Shown: positions 48,561-57,915 of the stretch, piece by piece | Layout: every line of letters starts with the position of its first letter | How positions within the stretch are numbered: position 1 is the first letter of the stretch | DNA from: a virus | Taxonomy: Duplodnaviria > Caudoviricetes | Strand: one strand, 5' to 3' | Virus record (IMG/VR): IMGVR_UViG_3300001531_000060 | Location: 1 to 64,000 of that record | Length of the DNA: 64,000 nt | The notes under the pieces: model-generated | What the model saw: the letters and a program-made list of their open reading frames with translations, nothing else | The model's database searches: none | What the model was told of the DNA's origin: nothing | Made by a program: the position numbers and the translations under genes

Positions 48561-50216
48561 ATGCAAAGAGATGATTATACAAAAGAAATATTAATAAATA
48601 TTATAAAAGATTTGAAACAGAGAAATTTAGAATTTGATTTACAAGCTAAAGTTTTTGGGTTTTCTAAAAAGAATAAGTTAATTTATAAGCAAGTTAATAG
48701 TCAATATCCAAATGCATTTATTAATGTTTCTGAATTGCATAAAGCATTAAATTGTGATATGGATGAATTATTTTGTAAGAATTGTGGTAAACGCGTAACG
48801 TTTATTAGTGAGAAACGATCTAGACAATTTTGTTCAGTATCATGCAAGTCAAAATATATGTTAAAGACAGGTAAAGTTGTTAATCCATCTTTACGTTCAG
48901 AATGTGTAGCTAAGAGAAATAGAACATTTATAGATAAATTTGGTTGCAATCCTTCACAATTATTAGAAATTAAAAATAAAAAAGAAGCAACATGTTTTAA
49001 ACATTTTGGTGTGAAGTTTCCAGGTCAAGTTGAAAGTGGGAAATTAAAGTCTAAACAAACTTGTCTAGAAAAATATGGTGTAGAATATTACAATCAGTCA
49101 GAAATTGCTAAGGAAAAACAAAGACAATTTAATTTACTGAAGTTTGGTGTTGAAAATATGAATCAAGTGCACATTAAGAACTATAATAATTTGCATGAGG
49201 ATTATGTTAGAAGCAATTTCATAAAAGATAATAAATTTTTAATACAAGAATTTCAAGCTTACTTTAATCTACAATATAAGGCAGCGTCACAATATAAGAA
49301 ACAGTTTAATATACAAGAACAAAATAAATTAGATGTACAAAAAACACAGCAAGAGCTATACAGGTTTATAAAATCTTTAAATATAAGTAAAGTTAACTAT
49401 AATGATAGAAGTGTTTTAAATGGTAAAGAATTGGATATTTACATACCAGATAAGAAATTAGCTATAGAGTTTGATGGATTAATGTTTCATTCATTTGGTA
49501 AGTCAAAGCATACAATATTTAATAACTTTATTGAAGAAGATCGGAATATACATTTATCTAAAACTAATGTTTGTCAAGAAAAAGGAATACAATTACTCCA
49601 TATATTTGAAAACGAATGGTTAACTAAAAAAGACATATGGAAGTCTGTGATTAAAAATAAACTTGGTTTGATTGACAAAAAAATATATGCAAGAAAATGT
49701 GAAATAAAGAAAGTTCAGAATTCAGAAAAGGAGACCTTCTTAAATACAAATCATTTACAAGGTAGCTGTCAATCAAGTATAGATATAGGTTTGTATTACA
49801 ATAATGAATTAGTATCGTTAATGACTTTCGGTAAGTCAAGATTCAATAAAAAATATAAATATGAATTACTTAGATTTTGTAATAAATTAGATATAATTGT
49901 AGTTGGTGGAGCTTCCAAGTTATTAAGCTACTTCAGAAAACATTATAACGGTAATATTATAAGTTACGCAAATAGACGTTGGAGTAACGGTGACTTATAC
50001 CAAAAATTAGGATTTAGTTTTGTAGAAGTGTCGGAGCCAAATTACTTCTATTTTAATCTTAAAGATAGAGTACTTATAAGTCGTATACAGTTTCAAAAAC
50101 ATAAATTACATAAAAAATTAAGTACATTTAATTCTAGCCTTTCAGAAACACAAAATATGTACAATAATGGTTATCGTAAGATTTATGATTGTGGTAATTA
50201 TACATTTAGTTTGTAG
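48561..50216 (+). CDS. putative homing endonuclease (Hef-like PD-(D/E)xK core with C-terminal accessory domain)
   Basis: KYGVE/KFGVE repeats, ELDIYIPDKKLAIEFDG, YARKC...NHLQG...VVGGASKLL...YQKLGF. Confidence 0.72.
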   Translation: MQRDDYTKEILINIIKDLKQRNLEFDLQAKVFGFSKKNKLIYKQVNSQYPNAFINVSELHKALNCDMDELFCKNCGKRVTFISEKRSRQFCSVSCKSKYMLKTGKVVNPSLRSECVAKRNRTFIDKFGCNPSQLLEIKNKKEATCFKHFGVKFPGQVESGKLKSKQTCLEKYGVEYYNQSEIAKEKQRQFNLLKFGVENMNQVHIKNYNNLHEDYVRSNFIKDNKFLIQEFQAYFNLQYKAASQYKKQFNIQEQNKLDVQKTQQELYRFIKSLNISKVNYNDRSVLNGKELDIYIPDKKLAIEFDGLMFHSFGKSKHTIFNNFIEEDRNIHLSKTNVCQEKGIQLLHIFENEWLTKKDIWKSVIKNKLGLIDKKIYARKCEIKKVQNSEKETFLNTNHLQGSCQSSIDIGLYYNNELVSLMTFGKSRFNKKYKYELLRFCNKLDIIVVGGASKLLSYFRKHYNGNIISYANRRWSNGDLYQKLGFSFVEVSEPNYFYFNLKDRVLISRIQFQKHKLHKKLSTFNSSLSETQNMYNNGYRKIYDCGNYTFSL

Positions 50217-50266
50217 TCTTAAAAATTTCATAAAATATTAAAATACTATATAAAAATTGTAGAAAC

Positions 50267-50287
50267 CCTTGACAAAAGTATCATATT
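50267..50287 (+). promoter_or_regulatory. repeated phage motif (candidate late promoter)
   Basis: CCTTGACAAAAGTATCATATT. Confidence 0.75.
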
Positions 50288-50323
50288 ACACTTGTATATA
50301 TAAGTATTTTTTTGGAGGATACT

Positions 50324-51025
50324 ATGGCTGATCAATTTAACAGATTAGCACAACATTATTCAAATTATTGGAAAGATAAAGGAGAGAATGCTCCTGCTAT
50401 CAATTTTGATACAAAACAAATAGAAAGAACAGCTGAGCAAGCTTTTAGATCAGCAGCTGAATCTGATACATCCGATAAAGATTCTGCTCCATCTGTAGCT
50501 GATAAAGGCGCAAGTAAACCAAAAGATAAGGGTTTGAATCTTGCCGGATTGTTTTCAAATATAGATGAGATGATTGAAAAAGCAGCTGAGAATAAGGTTA
50601 AAAGAATTTTGGATAGAATAATAGATGATAAGTTACGTTCTGAATATAGTAACGATTTATCTTTATTTGAAAAATCAATGGCAAATAAAGTACAAGAAAA
50701 AGTTAAAAGTATGTCTCCAAAATTTCTTGAAGGTTTAAAAACAGTTGCTCCTGATGTAGGAAAAGGTACAGGAAGTAAAACACCTACTTCATTTACAGAA
50801 GGTGTATTAGATGAAGTTGATGAAGAAATAGTTGATAAGAAAGCTTCTGTAGAAGTATTTCCAGGGATTTATGTAAAGGCTTCTAAAGAAGATGAAACAG
50901 TTGGTGAAGTATTTGTGAAAGACAATGACTCATTACAAAAAATGAGTTATGTTGTTAATTTACCAAAAACAAATTCTAAAAAAGAATATATAGAAGAATT
51001 ACAAAATACATTTGAATCATTATAA
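50324..51025 (+). CDS. head-associated hypothetical protein (start re-called at MADQF)
   Basis: GGAGG RBS before ATG 50324; charged, upstream of scaffold. Confidence 0.55.
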   Translation: MADQFNRLAQHYSNYWKDKGENAPAINFDTKQIERTAEQAFRSAAESDTSDKDSAPSVADKGASKPKDKGLNLAGLFSNIDEMIEKAAENKVKRILDRIIDDKLRSEYSNDLSLFEKSMANKVQEKVKSMSPKFLEGLKTVAPDVGKGTGSKTPTSFTEGVLDEVDEEIVDKKASVEVFPGIYVKASKEDETVGEVFVKDNDSLQKMSYVVNLPKTNSKKEYIEELQNTFESL

Positions 51026-51141
51026 AATAATAGAAAATCTAGAACAAAGAAGAAAAAAGAACAGAGAAAAATAGAAAGGTAATAGAAGTTATTTTATATG
51101 GTCTAAATTATATTTAAATTTAATTAAATAGGAGATACTAA

Positions 51142-52341
51142 ATGTTTGAATTATTTTATAAAGCAGGTAAATCACTTGCTGACTCTTTCTTTATTGGAAG
51201 AGAAGGTAAAGATGACGTATTAGTTATAAGTGCTTCTGAAGTTTTGCCGTTAGAAATGCAAAAGAAAATCGAAGCAGCTGAAGAAGAATTAAATAAGGTT
51301 GAAGTAGAAAATACAGTTGAAGGAACACCTGCAACTGAAGATAAAGCTATTGAAAATTTAAATGAAGCAGAAGTTAAATTAGATAGCGTAAAAGAAGATA
51401 TTCAAGAAGCAAAAGGTCATGAAGAAATGGAAAAAGCTGAAGAAGTTGTTGAAGCTTCTAAAGTTGATGTAGATGCTATATATAAAAAAGCAGGTGTACC
51501 TACACCAGAATTTATAGCAAAACAGATTGCTTCTGTATGTAAAGATTTTAAAGGTTTCGAACAATTCTGTAAAGAAGCTAAAGCAAACAAAGCTGAAATG
51601 GTTAAAAAAGCTTCATTAAAGAAAGAAGCTGCTAAAGAAGATGAGACAGTATTTACATTTAATAAAGAAGAAGATGGTAAAAATAAACCAGCAAAAGCAA
51701 CTGAAGGTGCGATAGTTTCTGTAAATGAAAAAGAAGCTAAAGCAGATGCAGGTAAGGGTGTTAAAGACGCTAATGCAGTTTCTTCACCGGTTAAATCATA
51801 TTTTGGTAGATTGCCAGGAAATGGTGGTGGAGATGCAGTAGAATCTATAAATAGACAATCTTCATTGAAAGAACAATTCCTTAAACTTACAGCAGAATTA
51901 GATGAAATGAAAAAGAAAGATGAAGAAAAAACTGAAAAGTTAGGAAAGATGGAAGATGAAAACAAGAACTTGAAAGAAGAAATTTCCAATGGAAACAAAG
52001 ACAAAGACATCAATGCAATTATCTCTGAAATCAAGAAAGTAGTTAAGGTACAAAAAGAAAATGTTTTCAAAGATAAACTTGTAAAAGCAGATGAAAAAGC
52101 TTTGAAAGTTGTATTAGATGTTGTAAAAGAAATTGCAAAACTTTCTGATGGAGAAAAAGCTGATAAAGACGCAGCAAGTCTTTTCGGTGGAGAAGCAAAG
52201 AAAGATAACAAAAAAGAAGAAGTTGTAGATTTCACAGAAGTAAAAGCATCAAGAAGAATGCCTGGACAAAACATACCACAAGTATTTTCACAATATAACG
52301 GTGGAGATGTTTCAGGATTAAATTCATTATTCGAAGACTAA
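51142..52341 (+). CDS. putative capsid scaffolding protein
   Basis: Highly charged E/K coiled coil, between protease and capsid genes. Confidence 0.65.
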   Translation: MFELFYKAGKSLADSFFIGREGKDDVLVISASEVLPLEMQKKIEAAEEELNKVEVENTVEGTPATEDKAIENLNEAEVKLDSVKEDIQEAKGHEEMEKAEEVVEASKVDVDAIYKKAGVPTPEFIAKQIASVCKDFKGFEQFCKEAKANKAEMVKKASLKKEAAKEDETVFTFNKEEDGKNKPAKATEGAIVSVNEKEAKADAGKGVKDANAVSSPVKSYFGRLPGNGGGDAVESINRQSSLKEQFLKLTAELDEMKKKDEEKTEKLGKMEDENKNLKEEISNGNKDKDINAIISEIKKVVKVQKENVFKDKLVKADEKALKVVLDVVKEIAKLSDGEKADKDAASLFGGEAKKDNKKEEVVDFTEVKASRRMPGQNIPQVFSQYNGGDVSGLNSLFED

Positions 52342-52376
52342 TCTAGTCTTAAAAATTTAAAAGGAGAATATAAATC

Positions 52377-52880
52377 ATGGGTATAATGTATTCAGTTCAA
52401 GAAGATAATTTAACAACCGACTTTGGTATATCATCTTTGTTCCCTACAACAATTGAAGATAATACTAAAGTTTTCAAAGGAACAGCAGTAATAGCAGGTC
52501 AATGCTTGGAAAACACAACTGAAGGTTTGGTATTGGCAAATGCTTCTTCTACAGTTTATGGTTTGGCAAAAGAATCAGTAAACGTTGAAGCAAATGTAAA
52601 CGAAGTTTCAGATAACGGATGGGGCATTTTCGGTTCAAAGAAAATAACAGCTTGTATGTTTGGTGTATACAGCGTTAAAAACTTTGAATATACGAAAGGT
52701 GATGGCGATGTTGTAGAATTTACAGCTATAGATACAAATGCTATAAATGCAAATACTACATTAGGTGTAGCTTTGGCTTCTAATGCTAGTGGAAACATTA
52801 CAGTAGCATCTGGTGATGGCTTCGGTACATTGCTTGCTGTATCTGCAGACGGAAAAGAAATTCAAGTATTTATAAAGTAA
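52377..52880 (+). CDS. putative capsid decoration/cement protein
   Basis: Gly/Ala/Thr-rich beta protein immediately before the capsid gene. Confidence 0.55.
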   Translation: MGIMYSVQEDNLTTDFGISSLFPTTIEDNTKVFKGTAVIAGQCLENTTEGLVLANASSTVYGLAKESVNVEANVNEVSDNGWGIFGSKKITACMFGVYSVKNFEYTKGDGDVVEFTAIDTNAINANTTLGVALASNASGNITVASGDGFGTLLAVSADGKEIQVFIK

Positions 52881-52914
52881 TTATTTAAAAAATTTTAAAA
52901 GGAGATAATAAATC

Positions 52915-53895
52915 ATGGGTACAATAGATAATATATCATTATGGGGCGATACAGCATTAGCAAGAAAAGCTTCAGTTAATGCATCTGCTACACCTGTATC
53001 AATGGAAGCAAAAGAACAAAAATTTAACATGTACTGGAATGCACCAGGCGGATATCAAAGAATAGCTTTCGCATTGTCTGGTCCGTTGAAAACAAGATTG
53101 GATTACGTTGGTGTTGGAAGAAAACTTTTGATGGTTGATACCATACCTACCGGAGATATTCCTGTATACGATATGGATATGCCAGAATTTGGTGCTGTTA
53201 AAATAGCTGCTAGAGGTCAAGCTCCAGTATTTGAACAAGGCATCAAGAGAATTGGAATTCCTACATTTGAAGTAACAGTAAATGAAGTTATTAAGAAACA
53301 AGAATTAGCTGTAAGAAAATATCCTGTATTCGACAGAGCAAAAGAAAGAGCTGCAATAGCTATGGCTATAGCTGAAGATGACATGATATTTGATTTGGTT
53401 AAATCAGCAGCAGTTAAGAATCCTAACCCAGCTACAATGGCTACATATGGTTCTGCTACAACATCAATAACAAAAGCAGATTTTGCTGAAATGTTCGGTG
53501 ATATAACTGAAAGACAGTTGATTGCTAAAACATATTTGTTAGGTGCAAAAACATATGCAGATATATTGAAATGGAATTCTCAAGATTTGGATCCAGTATC
53601 TTTGAACATCCAATTGGAAACAGGAAATTTTGGTTCTATATTTGGTGTTAGAGCTATTGCTTCTACAAGACTTGATAAAAACTATGGTTATGATACAAAC
53701 GGAAAGAATCAACAACCAGTATTTACATTGACAACTCCTGATAAACTCGGAAGATTGCCAGAAAGAAAAGCTGTTGAAGTTTCCATATTTGATAACATTC
53801 CTAAACTTCAGTATGATATAATTCCTTACGAAATAATCGGTATGGGTATTTATAACTGTGCTGGTGTATCTGGAAGAGTTAGAAGTTTGGCTTAA
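52915..53895 (+). CDS. major capsid protein (HK97 fold)
   Basis: RLDYVGVGRKLLMVDTIPTGDIPVYD, PTFEV, AEDDMIF; strong RBS, biased codons, followed by a terminator. Confidence 0.85.
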   Translation: MGTIDNISLWGDTALARKASVNASATPVSMEAKEQKFNMYWNAPGGYQRIAFALSGPLKTRLDYVGVGRKLLMVDTIPTGDIPVYDMDMPEFGAVKIAARGQAPVFEQGIKRIGIPTFEVTVNEVIKKQELAVRKYPVFDRAKERAAIAMAIAEDDMIFDLVKSAAVKNPNPATMATYGSATTSITKADFAEMFGDITERQLIAKTYLLGAKTYADILKWNSQDLDPVSLNIQLETGNFGSIFGVRAIASTRLDKNYGYDTNGKNQQPVFTLTTPDKLGRLPERKAVEVSIFDNIPKLQYDIIPYEIIGMGIYNCAGVSGRVRSLA

Positions 53896-53908
53896 TCAGT
53901 TTAGTATT

Positions 53909-53943
53909 AAAAAGCTACCGAGGAATCCTCGGTAGCTTTTTTT
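53909..53943 (+). terminator. intrinsic terminator after capsid gene
   Basis: AAAAGCTACCGAGG-AAT-CCTCGGTAGCTTTT plus T run. Confidence 0.9.
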
Positions 53944-53950
53944 ATATACC

Positions 53951-53971
53951 CCTTGACATTTATATCATATT
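53951..53971 (+). promoter_or_regulatory. repeated phage motif (candidate late promoter)
   Basis: CCTTGACATTTATATCATATT, immediately after the terminator. Confidence 0.75.
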
Positions 53972-54021
53972 ATAGATAGATTGTAGATGGGCATAAATTA
54001 TTTTTATTTGAGGAATGAACT

Positions 54022-54429
54022 ATGAATAATGAAAAAGACGTTAAAGATACAGGAATAGTATCACAAGAATCAATTAATAGAGCAATTGAAGACACAACGC
54101 AGTCCGAATATTATCAACAAAATAGAATTCCTTTACTAACAGGTGAATATAGAAAGGAAGCATTTCTTAAATTAAAAGGATTATTTTTAAAAGAGTTATA
54201 TAAAGCAGTAGATGAAGAAGAAAAAGCTTGTAGAAAGGCTGATTTAGAGCCACAAATGAAAGGTGATAAGCTTAAATATATAGAAGACATGGTTGAGACA
54301 TTTGACAATATGTTTCAACTAGAAGCACTAGCACAGTATTTATATCAAGAAAATATTATACCGACATTAGACGAAGTTAATACAAGAGCAAATAAACTAA
54401 ACGAAAATCTCGGTAAACTTGAACTTTAA
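54022..54429 (+). CDS. hypothetical protein
   Basis: 135 aa, GAGG RBS. Confidence 0.6.
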   Translation: MNNEKDVKDTGIVSQESINRAIEDTTQSEYYQQNRIPLLTGEYRKEAFLKLKGLFLKELYKAVDEEEKACRKADLEPQMKGDKLKYIEDMVETFDNMFQLEALAQYLYQENIIPTLDEVNTRANKLNENLGKLEL

Positions 54430-54443
54430 TTTTGGAGTATATC

Positions 54444-54779
54444 ATGCTTAAGAAAACTGTAAAATTTTTAAAAGATGTTAAGACAATTATTTGGGCAATC
54501 GTATTAAGTGGAACAGTTTTAATATTTATTTATGGAACGTATCTTAAAGTTGCAGAAACGGTACCGACAAAAGTATATGCAATGGAACAAGATTTAAATG
54601 ACGTTAAGTATCGTGTAACTGATCTTGAAACTGAAAAACTTATTATAAATAAAGACTTAAGCGTGATGCAAACAGAATTAAAAGAGATAAAGGCACAAAT
54701 TGCAGAGAATCAAAAAGAAACAAGAGCAGCTTTAAAAGAGATAAATAGAGATGTAAAAGACATCCTTAAAACCATATAA
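54444..54779 (+). CDS. membrane-anchored coiled-coil protein, possible holin
   Basis: One TM helix (IIWAIVLSGTVLIFIYG) plus coiled coil, near endolysin. Confidence 0.45.
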   Translation: MLKKTVKFLKDVKTIIWAIVLSGTVLIFIYGTYLKVAETVPTKVYAMEQDLNDVKYRVTDLETEKLIINKDLSVMQTELKEIKAQIAENQKETRAALKEINRDVKDILKTI

Positions 54780-54836
54780 TTATTGTTGATAAATGACAAC
54801 ACAGCTATCACCTAATTTCACATTGTAGTTTAGATA

Positions 54837-54924
54837 ATAGTGGCTAGGGTAGCTCCCGAAAAAACAGCAACTCACTGTTCTGCCACTATAAATTATATGA
54901 GTAATATTTTACAGGAGTGTAAAA
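54837..54924 (+). promoter_or_regulatory. structured RNA leader of homing endonuclease gene (copy 2)
   Basis: Three-way junction covarying with 37516-37597. Confidence 0.65.
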
Positions 54925-55575
54925 ATGACTAAATTAAATTTAGAAGTAGGACAAAAGTTTGGAAGGTGGACAGTTTTAGAAATTTCAAAGAAAATAAAAG
55001 GTCATGGCAATATTTTAGTAAGATGTAAATGTGATTGTGGTACAATAAAAGAAATTAGTCACTACACATTATTAAACGGTAAATCTGTTAGTTGCGGTTG
55101 TTTACGAAAAGAATTGTTAAGTAATAGAGAAAACGCTCACCATAAAACAAATACAAAGCTTTATCAAATTCATGCAGCAATGAAAGCTCGTTGTTTTAGT
55201 AAAAATCATAAAAATTATAAACAATATGGTGGTCGTGGGATAACAGTTTGTGATGAATGGAAAAATGACTTCGTGGCTTTCTATAATTGGGCAATGAGCA
55301 ATGGTTATAAGGAAGGTCTTACAATAGACAGAATAGATGTGAATGGTAATTACGAGCCAAATAATTGTAGATGGGTTACTAGAAAAGAGCAGGCAAATAA
55401 TACTAGAAAAAATTGTTTTATTGAATATAATAATGAAAGACATACTATTGCTGAATGGTGTGATATTTTAGGTATAACATACAGCAAACTATTTAGCAGA
55501 CTACGTAAAGGTCTTCCTCTAGATAAATGTTTTTACCCTGGTAAAATATCAAATAATGGAATAGATTTACTATGA
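54925..55575 (+). CDS. HNH homing endonuclease
   Basis: CKCDCG, YGGRGITVCDEW, LTIDRIDVNGNYEPNNCRW..EQANN. Confidence 0.9.
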   Translation: MTKLNLEVGQKFGRWTVLEISKKIKGHGNILVRCKCDCGTIKEISHYTLLNGKSVSCGCLRKELLSNRENAHHKTNTKLYQIHAAMKARCFSKNHKNYKQYGGRGITVCDEWKNDFVAFYNWAMSNGYKEGLTIDRIDVNGNYEPNNCRWVTRKEQANNTRKNCFIEYNNERHTIAEWCDILGITYSKLFSRLRKGLPLDKCFYPGKISNNGIDLL

Positions 55576-56036
55576 TATATTTAGCACCTTCGTTCACTCT
55601 CGATGAGCTATTAACTACTTCACATAAGGATTTACTTCCTAAACAAAATGAGGAAGTGAAGCCTTATGTGAATAACTTATATATACTTGCCAATTATATA
55701 CTTCAACCAATCCGTAATTACTATAAAGTACCTATAACAGTTACAAGTGGATTCAGAGGAAAAGCATTAAATGAAAGAGTTGGTGGAAATAAAACCAGTC
55801 AACATTGTTTAGGTGAAGCAGTAGACTTTATAGTTAAAGGCAAGACAGTTGATGAAGTATTTGAAGATATTAGAACAGGTAAGATTGATATTTGTTATAA
55901 ACAGCTGATTAAGGAAAAAATATCTGGAAAGTTTTGGATTCATATAGGGATGGTCAAGATACCCTTTAAACCTAAAGATAAGTATTTGCAGAAGTTAACT
56001 ACAACTGATGGTAAAAAATATACAGAAGTAAAATAG
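55572..56036 (+). CDS. endolysin, peptidase M15A-like
   Basis: TSGFR..LN..VGG..SQH..GEAVDF...WIHI. Confidence 0.85.
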   Translation: MIYLAPSFTLDELLTTSHKDLLPKQNEEVKPYVNNLYILANYILQPIRNYYKVPITVTSGFRGKALNERVGGNKTSQHCLGEAVDFIVKGKTVDEVFEDIRTGKIDICYKQLIKEKISGKFWIHIGMVKIPFKPKDKYLQKLTTTDGKKYTEVK

Positions 56037-56057
56037 AATAAAGGAGAAAAATGAACA

Positions 56058-56774
56058 ATGAAAATTAGATCAAACATGGACAGAGTTTGGAGTTTGGCAG
56101 GAATTAGATTTGAGCCAGGAATGGTTATTACATTTGATATTTTGAAATGTAATGACTTAAGACAATTAAAAGCAGTAGTTGAAGAAATTAGAAAAGGTAA
56201 TATAACGGTAGTTGAGCAGGATGACTATTTTAAACCAGCTTCAATTACAAAGGTTGAACAACCACAAGTAATTAAAAAAGAATCTCAAGAAGATATAGTT
56301 GTAGTTACAAGAGGTGGAACATTTACAGATGAGATACCGAAAGATGTTTTGACTGAGAATACAATACAATCTGTTCCGGTAACTATAGATGTAGAGAAAC
56401 AATCAGAACCAGTAGTTGGTGAAGGTAATATAAAAAATGAATCTTCAACGGAAGCCGGATTTGTAGTGCTTCCGGGAAAGAAACCAGGTGAAGGACAATT
56501 AAAATCAGTTAGTGAAGTCATACAAGAAAAGACAGACGAAATTGCAGATGTGTTAAAAGATGCTGCAAAGGATTTAGAAGAGCTTAACAAAAAAGAAGAA
56601 GTAATAGAGCAAGTTCCAGAAGACGTTGATAAGATACTGAAGATGAAAGCTAACGAAAGAAAATTGTATATAGCTAAATTAGATGATAAAGAGTTGTTAC
56701 TTAAGATAAGTAAATATACAAAAGTAAAAACTATATTAAATATAATTAATCAAAGGTTGGAAGAACTAAAATAA
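56058..56774 (+). CDS. hypothetical protein
   Basis: 238 aa acidic. Confidence 0.6.
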   Translation: MKIRSNMDRVWSLAGIRFEPGMVITFDILKCNDLRQLKAVVEEIRKGNITVVEQDDYFKPASITKVEQPQVIKKESQEDIVVVTRGGTFTDEIPKDVLTENTIQSVPVTIDVEKQSEPVVGEGNIKNESSTEAGFVVLPGKKPGEGQLKSVSEVIQEKTDEIADVLKDAAKDLEELNKKEEVIEQVPEDVDKILKMKANERKLYIAKLDDKELLLKISKYTKVKTILNIINQRLEELK

Positions 56775-56790
56775 AGGAGAACAATGAAAA

Positions 56791-57222
56791 ATGAAAAGTA
56801 TTAATTTGAGAGTATTTAGAAGAACAAACAATAGTATATCATGTTTATTTAATGATAATGCAGTATCAGGTATTAAGCTTGAGGATTTAAAGATTTATGA
56901 TATAGAGGATAAGGAAAAGAAAAATCCTTTGATATATAAGATTGGGGTTGATCAAGAAACACAAACCGTTCAAGTCGTACTTGATCATCAAATAAATAAG
57001 TTAGATGCAAATAAAACATACGTATTTGTTTTTGATTTTAAAACATTCGATGTAAACATAAAAGTATATCCTTCAGAGGTATTACCTTTGTTTGAGAAAG
57101 ATTCTGTTAATAAAAATCAGCACGTAATGGGTTGGGTAGAGTCTGAGAGAAAATGGGTGAAGCTTAAAGCAGTTAAAGATGCTTCTGGAGATTATGTACT
57201 CGCAGTTAAATCTGTTAAATAG
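56791..57222 (+). CDS. hypothetical protein
   Basis: 143 aa, AAGGAG RBS. Confidence 0.6.
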   Translation: MKSINLRVFRRTNNSISCLFNDNAVSGIKLEDLKIYDIEDKEKKNPLIYKIGVDQETQTVQVVLDHQINKLDANKTYVFVFDFKTFDVNIKVYPSEVLPLFEKDSVNKNQHVMGWVESERKWVKLKAVKDASGDYVLAVKSVK

Positions 57223-57231
57223 GAGTTTAAA

Positions 57232-57417
57232 ATGAGTAGATGGTTGCAAGCATCTTTAAAAAAGAAATCCAATTTATATAAAATGAAAGACAAATATGGA
57301 CATTATTTCAAATGTCCACCTATAGAAGCAGCGAGTGAAGAAGAAGCAAGAATAAAATGTGCCAATAGTACTATAAATTTAACACCTGATGATGTGGTAG
57401 CTGAAGAAGTAAAATAA
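57232..57417 (+). CDS. MSRWL-tag small protein
   Basis: Begins MSRWLQASL; AGGAG RBS. Confidence 0.7.
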   Translation: MSRWLQASLKKKSNLYKMKDKYGHYFKCPPIEAASEEEARIKCANSTINLTPDDVVAEEVK

Positions 57418-57438
57418 TTGAAAATAAGGATTTTAACA

Positions 57439-57906
57439 ATGAGTAGATGGTTAATTAAAGCAGAAACTCAATTAGAATTACCTTTAGGTACAGAACACGT
57501 ATATTATCCAACTTTGGTTAGAGAAATTAGTTTTAAAGATAAGATGTCAAAGTTGAAAGATAAGAATATACAATATGTACAGAAAGTCATTTACGATTGT
57601 TTAAATGATGTATCTAATAATAAAATTTCAGATAGATTTTATGATGATATAGAAGCAGACTTAATAGAGGGCGCTTTTAAAGAATTTGCAAAGAAGTATG
57701 CAGATAGTAACTATAAAGTATATGATGTAACTATTAGTGAAGTAGAGAAAGAGAATCATAATATTATAAAAGATAATACAGAGAAAAGATATTTAATATG
57801 TCCTTTTGTAAGTCAAACAAAGCTTTATGATATATCTGAATTTAATACGTTGGTAGAAGCTCTTTCTATAAAAATATTCTATCATTTGAAGTCACTTAAT
57901 AAGTAG
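57439..57906 (+). CDS. MSRWL-tag protein (start re-called at 57439)
   Basis: Begins MSRWLIKAE; AAGGA RBS. Confidence 0.7.
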   Translation: MSRWLIKAETQLELPLGTEHVYYPTLVREISFKDKMSKLKDKNIQYVQKVIYDCLNDVSNNKISDRFYDDIEADLIEGAFKEFAKKYADSNYKVYDVTISEVEKENHNIIKDNTEKRYLICPFVSQTKLYDISEFNTLVEALSIKIFYHLKSLNK

Positions 57907-57915
57907 GAGGTCGTA

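Noticed and set aside
51417-52274. 285-aa antisense ORF over the scaffold gene
   Set aside because: Ser/Phe/Leu-rich mirror of a GAA/AAA-biased sense gene, no RBS; a shadow ORF. The same applies to the other short antisense ORFs in the track.
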